Assembly: GCF_900547735.1 (NCBI RefSeq)
Contig: NZ_URHZ01000017.1
Span: 5,679 to 69,678 of the forward strand
Direction: 5' to 3'
Source: an uncultured Clostridium sp.
GTDB lineage: Bacteria > Bacillota > Clostridia > Lachnospirales > Lachnospiraceae
Length of the DNA stretch: 64,000 nucleotides
The number at the start of each line of letters is the position of its first letter. Positions within the stretch are counted from its first letter, which is position 1. This document shows positions 22,285 through 32,152 of the stretch, one piece after another. The position numbers were made by a program, and so were the translations under genes. The notes beneath the pieces were generated by a model. It made no database searches. It was not told the DNA's origin and saw only the letters and a list, made by a program, of their open reading frames with translations.

Positions 22285-23343
22285 ATGAACAGCATGGTAA
22301 AAGTGAAAGGAACTCCATATGAACAGGGTTTGCAGCAAGGGGGGCAGCTTAGAGAAATCATTCTCCACAATATTAGAGAAGTAAGAAAAAAGATGATTTC
22401 TGATCACGTTGATATGATACGTTATGAAGCGTTTGTTAAGAGGAACGCAGCGTTTTTAGAACAGGCGCACAGTGATATCTTTGAAGAAATGAAAGGGATA
22501 TCGGAAGGAGCTGGGAGCCCTTTTGAGGAGATTCTGATGCTGAATATTCCCGCTTATTTTATGACGGGATATTTTAACCAGGAATGCAGCATGATTATGG
22601 CCAGGGGGAAAGCGACGGCGGATGGATGCACCTATGTGATTAAGAACAGGGATATGAGCACTTATATCGAGCAGGCTGTGGTGGAACGGGAATATCCGGA
22701 CGGGCTGAAGATCGTGGAAATTAACGGTGCAGGTACGGTCACCTATCCCGCCAGCGGGATGAACAGCCACGGAGTAGGAGTTGCGACGACCGGCTTCTGG
22801 TCGGCTAAAGCGCCTGCTGATATGGAGATGGTGGAGGATTCCCACATATTTTTAAATGTCCACCTCCTGCTTGCCGAGTGTAAGACGGCCCGGGAGGCGC
22901 TGGATTATGTGAAGGCGTCGCCCCGAATGAACGGACTCAACATTATGATTGTCGATCAGAATGAGGCATGGCTGGCGGAGATGACGAAGGACGAAGTTTC
23001 GGTAGAAAAGGACAGCGGAAGCGGCATTCTTTTCCGTTCCAACCATTACCTGTCGAATCAGTTCAAACACCTGAACCCGGAAGAAGCGGAGTACCCCTCT
23101 ACGTATTTCCGATATAGAAGAATGGAAGAAATGCTGAGGGAACAGTACGGAAAAATCAGGTTTCAGGACTTATTCCGCATTATGTCGGATCATGAAAACG
23201 GGGTAAACGCGCTCTGCCGCCATCCGAAAGAGGGGGCACCCTCCAGGACGATCTCGACAAGCCTCTTTGTGCTTGAGGACGGCGAGGCATGGACTACCCT
23301 GGGAAATCCATGTGACAGCCTGAAATATGCATTACTGAAATAG
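22285..23343 (+). CDS. Peptidase C45 family autoproteolytic Ntn acyltransferase/hydrolase
   Basis: GTPYEQGLQQG, EEMKGISEG, internal E-CS nucleophile, NRD, GMNSHGV, SNHY, GNPC. Confidence 0.88.
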   Translation: MNSMVKVKGTPYEQGLQQGGQLREIILHNIREVRKKMISDHVDMIRYEAFVKRNAAFLEQAHSDIFEEMKGISEGAGSPFEEILMLNIPAYFMTGYFNQECSMIMARGKATADGCTYVIKNRDMSTYIEQAVVEREYPDGLKIVEINGAGTVTYPASGMNSHGVGVATTGFWSAKAPADMEMVEDSHIFLNVHLLLAECKTAREALDYVKASPRMNGLNIMIVDQNEAWLAEMTKDEVSVEKDSGSGILFRSNHYLSNQFKHLNPEEAEYPSTYFRYRRMEEMLREQYGKIRFQDLFRIMSDHENGVNALCRHPKEGAPSRTISTSLFVLEDGEAWTTLGNPCDSLKYALLK

Positions 23344-23402
23344 GAGGGGACAATGGACTGCAAAAATTATATAAATGGACGTATAAAAAACTAAAAAATA
23401 TC

Positions 23403-24527
23403 ATGTCGGAAAAGGGAATGGACGCGGTAATTTTGACGAAGCCGGAAAACGTGTTTTATTTCAGTAATTTTAATCCGGTTTTAAACAGCCATCCAGCGAT
23501 TATGATTATCTCTCTGGACGATGACCCGTGTCTGCTGGTGCATGCCATCCGTTACGTCCATGCCTGTGAAGAAGGTAAGATTGATAATATCCAAACCTAC
23601 GGTAAGTGGGGAGATAATGTACCGCTGGCTGCCCATCCCGTCGATGCAGCCGGGATGCTCCTGGGGAAAAATAAGAAAAATCTCGGACTGGAGCTCGATT
23701 ACAGCAGTTCCGGATTCTGCCGGGAGATTGAGGATAAGCTGAGCCCCGGCAGGATAACCGACGTATCACCGGTAATCAATATGATGAAAATTATAAAAGA
23801 TCCATATGAGATAAGCCGTATCAGACGTTCCGCAGCCCTTGTTGATAAAGGTGTGGAGGTCACGATCGATTACTTAAAACAGGGCTGTTCTGAGGCGGAG
23901 GCCTGTACTCAGGGACAGTATTCCATGAGAAAGATGTGGCATGAGAAATTTCCTGATTCTGAGGTATGCGGTTTTGGTACTTCGGAGGGAGGAATGATTG
24001 ACAGTCTTCATGTATGGTGTCTTTCCAATGGGCATATCGCATACGGCTGTGACTGCCCACGGCATTACCATCCACGGACGGGAGATTTGACCCTTCCCAT
24101 GGCCTGGGCCAAGACGGACGGCTATCATGCCGAGAATGAGAGAACCGTCATCATTGGAGAACTGGACTCATTTAAACAGCATGCTTATGACGCCATGCTT
24201 AAGGCGCGCGCGAGTATCTTCCGGATATTAAAACCGGGGGCGGCATTTGAAGAGCTGTATGTTGCCGCGGCTAAGGTTTACTCTGAGAGAGGATTTGATT
24301 CAATCCTGCCGGGACGTGTGGGGCATGGGGTCGGCTGCTCCGCCCATGAGTTTCCGTCCCTGGAACGAGGAAACCTGTTGCGGCTTGAACCCGGCATGGT
24401 GATGACGGTGGAACCTGGATTAATGGACAAATCGTGGGGAGGGGTACGTCACTCGGATACGGTTCTGATTACGGAGGATGGGTACGAACCGCTCACCCGG
24501 TTTGATATGAGCGCTATTATAGTTTAA
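23403..24527 (+). CDS. M24 (prolidase/creatinase fold) enzyme; probable real start at 23353 is one base out of frame
   Basis: ENVFYFSNF, GYHAENERT, GHGVG..HEFP, VEPG, RHSDTVLIT; paralog of 38064-39272. Confidence 0.85.
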   Translation: MSEKGMDAVILTKPENVFYFSNFNPVLNSHPAIMIISLDDDPCLLVHAIRYVHACEEGKIDNIQTYGKWGDNVPLAAHPVDAAGMLLGKNKKNLGLELDYSSSGFCREIEDKLSPGRITDVSPVINMMKIIKDPYEISRIRRSAALVDKGVEVTIDYLKQGCSEAEACTQGQYSMRKMWHEKFPDSEVCGFGTSEGGMIDSLHVWCLSNGHIAYGCDCPRHYHPRTGDLTLPMAWAKTDGYHAENERTVIIGELDSFKQHAYDAMLKARASIFRILKPGAAFEELYVAAAKVYSERGFDSILPGRVGHGVGCSAHEFPSLERGNLLRLEPGMVMTVEPGLMDKSWGGVRHSDTVLITEDGYEPLTRFDMSAIIV

Positions 24528-24569
24528 AACCCATCCCGGGATTTTGTGGGTGACATGTATAATGGGACA

Positions 24570-25505
24570 TTACGTCTGGACCGTGCCAAGTACTTCCCGT
24601 ACGGTGCTGATAAATGCCTGAATGGTCTTTGAAAGATATTTTGTGTTTTTATAATTTAATACAATCGTATTTTTTGAATCGTAGTCCTCAATAGTGTAAA
24701 AGCAATGATGAGAAAAATCATATTGGGAATAGGTGATGAAGGTTTCGGGGAAAATCGAAACGCCCAGCCCTATGGAGCAGAATGACAGCAGAGTGCCTAC
24801 ATTTTTTGTCTCCAGAAAAATATTTGGAGAGATATTAAGGTATTGGAGATACCGGCTGGTAAATGTAGGAGTTCTGGTGGTCTGGGTCATGGCCAGGAAC
24901 GGACACATTTCCAGACAGCTCATTACAAAGCTGAGATCCGGTTTCCTGGTTTGGAGGACGGGATGGTTGGGAAAGTAACGTTCGATGATACTGTCGGGAA
25001 TCACCACGATGATATTTTCCTCATAGAGCGGAATCGAGGTGATCTGGCTGGAGGTTTCGGCCAGGTAACCGATGCTCACATCCAGTTTACCGGCCCGGAT
25101 TCCGTTCTCGACCTCGTCCGTCGTGCCCTCAAAGAGTTTGACCGAGACTTGGGGATACTTTTCCTGAAAGGCGTGGAATGCGGTGGGCAGAAGAACCTGG
25201 GATCGGGCATGGGTACTTCCAACGGTCAAGGAACCGCCAATCATGCCGCCTATATCCAACAGCTCTTTTTGCAGATCATCCTGCATGGCGATAAATTCGG
25301 AGGCTCTTTTTCGCAGGTAGATACCGGCTGGAGTCAGGGTCAGGGGCTGTTTTCTGTCAAAGAGCGGAACGCCGAAACTTGTTTCCAGTTTATTGATATG
25401 GCCGCTTAGGGACTGCTGGGTTATATGGAGCTTCCGGGCAGCCTTGCGGAAATTCATTTCCTCACATAACACCAGGAAATACTGCAGGTTCAAAAAATTG
25501 ATCAT
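24570..25505 (-). CDS. LysR family regulator
   Basis: LQYFLVL.EEMNFRKAARKLHITQQSLS HTH; AAAGGAGG SD before ATG 25505. Confidence 0.93.
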   Translation of the reverse strand: MINFLNLQYFLVLCEEMNFRKAARKLHITQQSLSGHINKLETSFGVPLFDRKQPLTLTPAGIYLRKRASEFIAMQDDLQKELLDIGGMIGGSLTVGSTHARSQVLLPTAFHAFQEKYPQVSVKLFEGTTDEVENGIRAGKLDVSIGYLAETSSQITSIPLYEENIIVVIPDSIIERYFPNHPVLQTRKPDLSFVMSCLEMCPFLAMTQTTRTPTFTSRYLQYLNISPNIFLETKNVGTLLSFCSIGLGVSIFPETFITYSQYDFSHHCFYTIEDYDSKNTIVLNYKNTKYLSKTIQAFISTVREVLGTVQT

Positions 25506-25614
25506 GATAAAAGCGCCTCCTTTGGTGTGATACGTTTGAAGTATAGCATTAATTCCGGCGGCGCTCAATATAAACGGCGCTCTTTTGCGCCATGTACTTA
25601 CAGGAGAAGGTAGT

Positions 25615-27153
25615 ATGAATCAACAGAAAGAAAATAATAGTATTTTTAACCGCTTTCTGGCGGGAATCGAATATATGGGGAATAAAATCCCGGATCCTAT
25701 GATGCTCTTTGTATGGCTTTCCATCATTACGGTGGCAGCCTCGTTCGTGCTGTCGAAGATCGGTTTTTCGGGTATGAACCCGGCGACGGGAGAAGTCGTA
25801 ACCGTCTATAACCTTCTGTCGGCCGAGGGCCTGGTCAGGATGATAACGACGGCAGTCGGCAATTTTACGGGCCTGTCGGCTCTTGGTATGGTTCTTGTAT
25901 GCATGCTGGGCGTTGGAGTCTGCGACCGCTCAGGGCTTTTTTCGGTGGCTCTTCGGAATGTGGTGGAAAATTCCAGGGGTTCCAACATGAAAATCATCTG
26001 CATCTTTGTATTTATGTGTGTTATGGCGGATGCGGCGGGAGGCACCGGCTTTGTCGTAATGCCGCCGCTGGGGGCTATTATCTTCCTGGCAATGGGAAGA
26101 AATCCGCTTGCCGGCATGCTCTGCGCCTACGGTGCCGTATCGGGGGCGTTTGCATCAAATTTGCTGGTCACATCCATGGACGTTGTTAACTTGAGCTTTA
26201 CGGAGACGGCGGCAAAACTGGTGGATCCGGACATCGCCCTTTCTCCTGCCATCAACTATTACTTTTCCGCATTTTCCGTTTTTACACTTACGGCCATGGC
26301 GGTTTTCATTACGGTGAAAGTAGTGGAACCGCGACTGGGACAGTATCATGGAACCGGAGCAGGGGAAGAAGTGAGCGCAGTAACCGATAACGAAAAAAAG
26401 GCTTTGAAAAGGGCGGTAATTGCCGTTACGGTATATCTGGCGGTCGTACTTGCCGGTGTAATTCCGGAAAGCGGCATCCTGAGAGATCCGGAAACGGGGT
26501 CGGCGATCGCTTCCGCTGCTCCACTTATGAAGGGGCTGCCCTTCCTGATTGCGCTTCTGTTTTTTATTCCCGGTGTTGCGTACGGAAAGGTGTCGGGAGC
26601 GTTTAAAGGAAGCAAGGATGTGGCAAAGGCCCTGGGACAGGCTATGGCCGATATGGGACCTTACATTGCTTTGATATTTGTTTCGGCACAGTTTCTCAAA
26701 TATTTTGAATGGTCCAATATGGGAATTATCCTGGCAATTAAGGGAGCAGATTTTCTGGAAGCTTCCGGCCTGCCGATTCCGGTGGTGCTGGTCCTGTTTA
26801 TCATCATGTGCGCGTTTATTAATCTGCTGATAGGAGGAGCTTCTACAAAGTGGGCAATCCTCTCACCTATTTTCGTACCAATGTTTATGTTCTTGGGATA
26901 TCACCCGGCTCTGGCCCAGATGGCCTACCGAATTGGAGATTCCATTACCAATCCGATCTGCCCGACCTTCGCGTACTTTGGAATGCTTTTGGCCCTGTCC
27001 CAGAAATACGATAAGAATGCGGGATTCGGCACTCTGATGGCCAATATGCTGCCTTATACCATAGCATTTTTCTGCTTTATGACAATCCAGCTTCTTGTCT
27101 GGTTCTTCCTGGGAATCCCGTTCGGTCCCGGAGCGCCGCTTAGACTTTCGTAG
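25615..27153 (+). CDS. AbgT family transporter
   Basis: IEYMGNKIPDP, GRNPLAG, ASTKWAIL.PIFVPMF, YRIGDSITN motifs. Confidence 0.93.
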   Translation: MNQQKENNSIFNRFLAGIEYMGNKIPDPMMLFVWLSIITVAASFVLSKIGFSGMNPATGEVVTVYNLLSAEGLVRMITTAVGNFTGLSALGMVLVCMLGVGVCDRSGLFSVALRNVVENSRGSNMKIICIFVFMCVMADAAGGTGFVVMPPLGAIIFLAMGRNPLAGMLCAYGAVSGAFASNLLVTSMDVVNLSFTETAAKLVDPDIALSPAINYYFSAFSVFTLTAMAVFITVKVVEPRLGQYHGTGAGEEVSAVTDNEKKALKRAVIAVTVYLAVVLAGVIPESGILRDPETGSAIASAAPLMKGLPFLIALLFFIPGVAYGKVSGAFKGSKDVAKALGQAMADMGPYIALIFVSAQFLKYFEWSNMGIILAIKGADFLEASGLPIPVVLVLFIIMCAFINLLIGGASTKWAILSPIFVPMFMFLGYHPALAQMAYRIGDSITNPICPTFAYFGMLLALSQKYDKNAGFGTLMANMLPYTIAFFCFMTIQLLVWFFLGIPFGPGAPLRLS

Positions 27154-27181
27154 CAGGAAACGGTTTTAGGAATAAGGAGAT

Positions 27182-27229
27182 AAAAAGGAAATCTTTCATA
27201 GCTGTGTGCAGCAGGAAAGATTTCCTTTT
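27182..27229. terminator. Bidirectional terminator
   Basis: AAAAGGAAATCTTTC...GAAAGATTTCCTTTT between convergent genes. Confidence 0.75.
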
Positions 27230-27268
27230 CTGATAGTCTGCGGCATTTCGGCCGAAAATAACAGTTTA

Positions 27269-28027
27269 TTATTCCATCGAATAATAACCGAGAATCCGTT
27301 CCACAACGGCGATCTGGTTCCGGATGCGCGTTTCCAATGGTTCTTCCTGCGACACCTCCACGGTGACGGCAGGGATACCGAGTGTTTCGGTGACGGTGCG
27401 GTTCAGGCTGCCTGCGGGAGTGCCGTTGTAGCAGGAAAAGGGGGCGGAGGTTTTGATCGTTCCGTCCTGGGATTCCACAATCAGGTCGAAGACCAGTTGA
27501 TCGATAGTTCCGGAATCGGTGATAATAAGGGAGTTGCCGAGAAAGTCGCGTCCGGACCCCTCGCGGTAAGCCTCATGCAGGTCGATGACGAGATCGGGGG
27601 AGTATTCCCTGATTTTCAGGAAGATGGAGGCGGCCAGCCCGTCAGTCAAATCGCGGTTCTTATCACCCGGAAAGGAACGGTTCAAATCCCGGTACTGTTC
27701 CACGTTCCGTTCCCCATTCCGGCTCCCCGGAGCATTGGCAGGGGAGAGGATGATAAGCGTTCCGCTTTTAAGTTTCCGGCGCTTTTTCAGTTGATCTGCG
27801 GCCATCCAGCCGGAAGTTTCATCCCCGTGAATGCCACCGACCACCAGGACGGTTTTACCGGGGGAACCGCTTTCCAGGATGGTAAATCCCGTTTCAAGAG
27901 GAGTATGCTCCATGATGAGTTCCGTCTTCGGTCCCGGCCTTAACACCATAAAAAGGCAGACGGCGCACAAAACGAATAAAAGCAGCAGAACAGGCCGGCA
28001 ACGGCCTTTTTTCTTTTGTCCGGACAT
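27269..28027 (-). CDS. Membrane-anchored M14-clan zinc hydrolase (desuccinylase / aspartoacylase family)
   Basis: Basic plus hydrophobic N-anchor; GGIHGDE, DLNRSFPG, DLHE, TVE; GAGGTGGAG SD before ATG 28027. Confidence 0.85.
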   Translation of the reverse strand: MSGQKKKGRCRPVLLLLFVLCAVCLFMVLRPGPKTELIMEHTPLETGFTILESGSPGKTVLVVGGIHGDETSGWMAADQLKKRRKLKSGTLIILSPANAPGSRNGERNVEQYRDLNRSFPGDKNRDLTDGLAASIFLKIREYSPDLVIDLHEAYREGSGRDFLGNSLIITDSGTIDQLVFDLIVESQDGTIKTSAPFSCYNGTPAGSLNRTVTETLGIPAVTVEVSQEEPLETRIRNQIAVVERILGYYSME

Positions 28028-28259
28028 AGGTGACTCCACCTCTCTGTACTTTTTCTTACTTAAAAGTATACAACAGCAGGGAATAAAAAGATAGAATGGA
28101 AAATATTGGAACAACAAATACGCCTGCCTTTACGTACGATATAATATTTCTGTTATATACTGGATAAAGATTAAGTCTTTGTTGCAATATCTGTATTTTG
28201 CTATACTGAATCTATTCAAATCACGGCCGCGGTTTAACAGGTATTGGAGAGGTAAGGCA

Positions 28260-29123
28260 ATGGATAAAAGCAATTTTTTTACGGCGTCGGACGGCGCTGT
28301 CCTCTATTATGAAGACAGGGGGGACGGTGTTCCGTTTCTCCTGATGCCGGGCTTTTTAGCGACGACAAAATTCTTTGAAAGAAACGTTGAAGTACTGGCG
28401 GAGAAATACAGAGTGATTGTCTTCGATCCCAGAGGCCAGGGACGTTCCGCCAAGGTATGCAGCGGAAATACGATGGAGCGCAATGCCCTGGATATCAGGG
28501 ATCTGATCGAACACCTCCGCCTTGAGGACGTAATACTGGGGGGATGGTCCATGGGTTCGTCGGTGGTGGTTTCCTACGCGTCTATGATGCAGGAGGCGCA
28601 CCTGAAGGGAATAATCCTGATAGACGGCTCTCTGTTCCCGATGTCGCCCGACGGGTGGAACAAACACCGCTCACGGGACTACAACGTGGATAACTGGCTG
28701 GAAAATTACATGCCGCTGATTTTTGACAGGGAGGCGTTCTACGGCCGTTTTATCGCCAGGATATCAAACGGGGCGATGACGGAAGAGGACAGGGAGTGGG
28801 TGACGGCGGAATTCATGAAGACGCCTCCGTGGTCGGCCCTGGAATTCCACTATGATTTCTGCCAGACCGACAATTACGGTAACCTGAAAAAACTGACGGT
28901 TCCCGTGGCAATATTCGGCGGTTCGTCGGAAGCGTACGGACTGGAAATGGTGGATGCGTTTGCCGCGGAGTTAAGAGGTTATGTGGAACTGAACAAATTT
29001 TATAACAGCGGTCATATGATGTTCTACTATGAGGCTGATAAATTTAATCAGTGTGTCAGCCGTTTTATCGACCGGGTCACGGAGGGAGGCGGCCTGGCGG
29101 GGAATTCCAGGTGTGTATCCTGA
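28260..29123 (+). CDS. Alpha/beta hydrolase (non-heme chloroperoxidase / arylesterase-like)
   Basis: DPRGQGRS, nucleophile elbow GWSMG, SGHMMF catalytic His. Confidence 0.88.
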   Translation: MDKSNFFTASDGAVLYYEDRGDGVPFLLMPGFLATTKFFERNVEVLAEKYRVIVFDPRGQGRSAKVCSGNTMERNALDIRDLIEHLRLEDVILGGWSMGSSVVVSYASMMQEAHLKGIILIDGSLFPMSPDGWNKHRSRDYNVDNWLENYMPLIFDREAFYGRFIARISNGAMTEEDREWVTAEFMKTPPWSALEFHYDFCQTDNYGNLKKLTVPVAIFGGSSEAYGLEMVDAFAAELRGYVELNKFYNSGHMMFYYEADKFNQCVSRFIDRVTEGGGLAGNSRCVS

Positions 29124-29227
29124 TTCGGACGGGAGAAGCGGAGAACGGTGATTGTGAAGGTATTGACTTGTTATTATTTAACATGTAAACATAAAAAGCG
29201 TACATAAGAAATGGAGTGGAGAAAACT

Positions 29228-30307
29228 ATGAAGAAAATGTTAGCAATTGGTATGTCACTTATCATGGCGGCTTCCCTGGCAGGGTGCTCATCGAAAGGAA
29301 CTGCGGCGGATACGCAGCAGGCGGCCAAAGAAAGCGCCGGAGGACAGGAAACGGGCGGGGCTAAAACGGCGGGAAAGACTAGAACGATCCAGCTGGGCCA
29401 CATTGATCCGGCCCAGGATGTGGATCCTTACCACACGCTGGCAATGAATTTTAAAACAGAGATAGAGGAACTGTCCGGCGGGGCAATCACGGTTGACGTA
29501 ATTACGGATGCACAGCTTGGCAGTGAGCTTTCCATGATGGAAGGCATGAACATGGGAACTATCGACATGGCGGTTATTACAAATTTCAGCTTCAGTTCAT
29601 CAGTACCCGATTTTGCCGTTTTTGATCTGCCTTACCTGTTTCTGAGCCGTGAGCAGGCCCATGCGGTTCTGGACGACGTAGCCATAACCGATGCAATGGA
29701 GGAGGAACTTTACAATGATTTCGGCGTTAAAATTTTAAGCTGGGGCGAGGGCGGTTTCAGAAGCACCATCAATAAAAAACGTCCCATTTATACGCCGGAC
29801 GATTTAAAGGGAATCAAAATCCGCGTGCCGGAGAATTCAACCTACGTAGATACATTCAAGGCTCTGGGCGCCAACCCCACAACAATGGCGTCCAGCGAAT
29901 GTTTTACCGCTCTTCAGCAGGGTACTATAGACGGTCTGGAGCAGCCGGTTACGCCGATGTATACCTATAAATCATATGAGCTTTGTGATTACATCTCCTT
30001 TACGGAACACTTCTACTCCCCCATCACGCTCAGCGTATCGAAATTTATCTGGGACGACTTAAGCGATGAGGAAAAGGGATGGTTTGAGGAGGCTGCAAAG
30101 AAGGCGGCGGGAGAGGAGCGCGCATCTGCAAAGGATACGGACGACAAGCTGTTAAAGGAGATGGAGGACGCCGGAGTCCAGGTGAACGAAGTGACGGATA
30201 AACAGCAGTTCAGGGATGCGGTAAAACCGATTCACGAGGCGTTCGCGGCGGATGTAAACGGTGAACTGCTGAGTCAAATTAATGCAAAAATAGCGGAAAT
30301 CCAGTAA
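29228..30307 (+). CDS. TRAP transporter substrate-binding lipoprotein (DctP)
   Basis: Lipobox LAGC; FDLPYLF, DLKGIKIRVP (conserved Arg), ALQQGTIDGLE. Confidence 0.93.
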   Translation: MKKMLAIGMSLIMAASLAGCSSKGTAADTQQAAKESAGGQETGGAKTAGKTRTIQLGHIDPAQDVDPYHTLAMNFKTEIEELSGGAITVDVITDAQLGSELSMMEGMNMGTIDMAVITNFSFSSSVPDFAVFDLPYLFLSREQAHAVLDDVAITDAMEEELYNDFGVKILSWGEGGFRSTINKKRPIYTPDDLKGIKIRVPENSTYVDTFKALGANPTTMASSECFTALQQGTIDGLEQPVTPMYTYKSYELCDYISFTEHFYSPITLSVSKFIWDDLSDEEKGWFEEAAKKAAGEERASAKDTDDKLLKEMEDAGVQVNEVTDKQQFRDAVKPIHEAFAADVNGELLSQINAKIAEIQ

Positions 30308-30330
30308 TCGGCCGGGCGAGGAGAAGGCTT

Positions 30331-30870
30331 ATGAGAAATGCGATGGATAAAGTGTGCGGTCTGGTCAACAGGATTTACGGAGGAGCGGCCCTGCTCCTCC
30401 TGGCCGTCCTGACCGGAGCCATGGCCGTACAGGTTTTTACTAGATATGTGCTGGGAGCCTCCCTGTCGGGTACGGAGGAGCTGGGGCGGTACTGCTTCAT
30501 CTGGATGACGATGCTGGGAGCCAGCATCTGTGTCTCGACAGACTCCCATGCGGCCGTGACAATCCTGAATGATCACTTAAAGGGGAAAATGAAGGGCGGA
30601 CATAAAATAACGGTGGATCTCCTGATTCTGGCCTGTGCGGTGCTTCTGTTTGCGCAGGGAATCAAGATGGCGTCCATGACAACGAGGCAGCTTACGCCAA
30701 CCCTGCATATTCCGATGTCCGTTATCTACTGTTCCCTTCCAGTCGGGGCATTCGGCATCATACTGAACGGGATCAACAACCTGCTTAAGAGAATGGCCGG
30801 ACCCGGGCGGACGGAAGAGATTACCACCGCAGAAGATAAGGTACAAAGCGGAGAAAGGGGGGAGCGGTAG
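30331..30870 (+). CDS. TRAP small permease (DctQ)
   Basis: QVFTRYVL...TEELGRYCFIW; four TM. Confidence 0.92.
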   Translation: MRNAMDKVCGLVNRIYGGAALLLLAVLTGAMAVQVFTRYVLGASLSGTEELGRYCFIWMTMLGASICVSTDSHAAVTILNDHLKGKMKGGHKITVDLLILACAVLLFAQGIKMASMTTRQLTPTLHIPMSVIYCSLPVGAFGIILNGINNLLKRMAGPGRTEEITTAEDKVQSGERGER

Positions 30871-32148
30871 ATGGAAGTTGCACTGTTATTAGGGGTTATG
30901 ATGATACTTCTGGCATATGGCGTTCCCATTGCTTTTTCTATTGGGATTTCCAGCAGTATCTTTCTGATGGTGACACAGATGAAACCGCTGATCCTGATTG
31001 CCCAGAGAACGGTTCTGGGAACGGACAGCTTTCCGCTTCTGGCGATCCCTCTTTTTACGCTGGGTGGATATCTGATGGAGTCCAGCGGGCTTTCCAAACG
31101 TCTCGTCGGCTGCATTGAAAAACTGCTGGGCGGCGCGCCGGGGAGCGTGGGAACCGTCACAATTGTCTGCTGTACGATTTTTGCGGCTCTTACCGGTTCC
31201 GGTCCGGCTACCGTAGCGGCCATCGGGGCTATCATGCTCCCGGCCATGCTGAAGAACGGTTACAGCAAATCGGAGACGGGGGGCATCCTGGCGGCGGCCG
31301 GTTCTCTGGGTCCGGTGATACCGCCGAGTATCTGCATGATTGTATACGGCAGTACGATGAATGTATCCATACCGGAAATGTTCGTGGCTGCGATTGTGCC
31401 GGGACTTTTGCTGGCCGCTTCCTTTGTTGCGGTCAATCTGGTGACCAACCGGAATAAAAAAGCTGCCGCCACCGTCAGTTACAGCAGAAAAGAGGTAATG
31501 GAGTCCTTTATACAGGCGGTGCCGGTTCTGCTTCTCCCGGTCATCATCCTGGGCGGTATTTATACCGGGATCTTTACACCGACCGAAGCGGCGGTAACAT
31601 GCGTAATCTACAGTCTTGTACTGGGAATCGCCTACAGGGAGATGAAGCTGTCGGATCTGATCAGCGCAATGAAGAAGACGGTTGTGACCTCGGGTATGGT
31701 AATGTTTATCATGGCCATGTCGGCCAATTTCGGCTGGATTCTGTCCGCCGCCAAAATACCGACCACCGTGGCTAATGCGCTGGTGCCGTATCTGGGCAGC
31801 CGGTTTGTCTTTACGGTGCTGCTCTTAATTCTGCTTTTTGTGGCGGGCTGTTTTATGGAGGTTCTGGCCCTTGTTGTCATTCTGGCGCCAATCCTGATTC
31901 CGATAGGAGTCCAGCTTGGAATGGATCCGCTGCATCTGGGAGTCACCTTCTGCATTGCGCTTGTCATGGGACTGATTACACCGCCCTTCGGCATGAATCT
32001 GTTTACCGCGGCGGCAGTCTGCGATACTACATTTGTGGAAATTGTTAAGGGGGCTCTGCCCTATATCTGTGTGGCGCTTATCATGATCACCCTGTTTGCG
32101 TTCGTGCCCCAGATCACCTTATTCCTTCCCGGATTGATGGCGGGGTGA
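30871..32148 (+). CDS. TRAP large permease (DctM)
   Basis: FPLLAIPLF, ALTGSGPATVAAIG, IPPSI, FTPTEAA, ITPPFGMNLF. Confidence 0.95.
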   Translation: MEVALLLGVMMILLAYGVPIAFSIGISSSIFLMVTQMKPLILIAQRTVLGTDSFPLLAIPLFTLGGYLMESSGLSKRLVGCIEKLLGGAPGSVGTVTIVCCTIFAALTGSGPATVAAIGAIMLPAMLKNGYSKSETGGILAAAGSLGPVIPPSICMIVYGSTMNVSIPEMFVAAIVPGLLLAASFVAVNLVTNRNKKAAATVSYSRKEVMESFIQAVPVLLLPVIILGGIYTGIFTPTEAAVTCVIYSLVLGIAYREMKLSDLISAMKKTVVTSGMVMFIMAMSANFGWILSAAKIPTTVANALVPYLGSRFVFTVLLLILLFVAGCFMEVLALVVILAPILIPIGVQLGMDPLHLGVTFCIALVMGLITPPFGMNLFTAAAVCDTTFVEIVKGALPYICVALIMITLFAFVPQITLFLPGLMAG

Positions 32149-32152
32149 CGGC

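Noticed and set aside
27206..27943. 245-aa plus-strand ORF
   Set aside because: Antisense to the M14 hydrolase, which has clear catalytic motifs.
23403..28027. Ectoine degradation pair EutD/EutE (M24 plus aspartoacylase family)
   Set aside because: The M14 proteins here are exported or anchored and not co-operonic with the M24 genes; no DABA aminotransferase is present.
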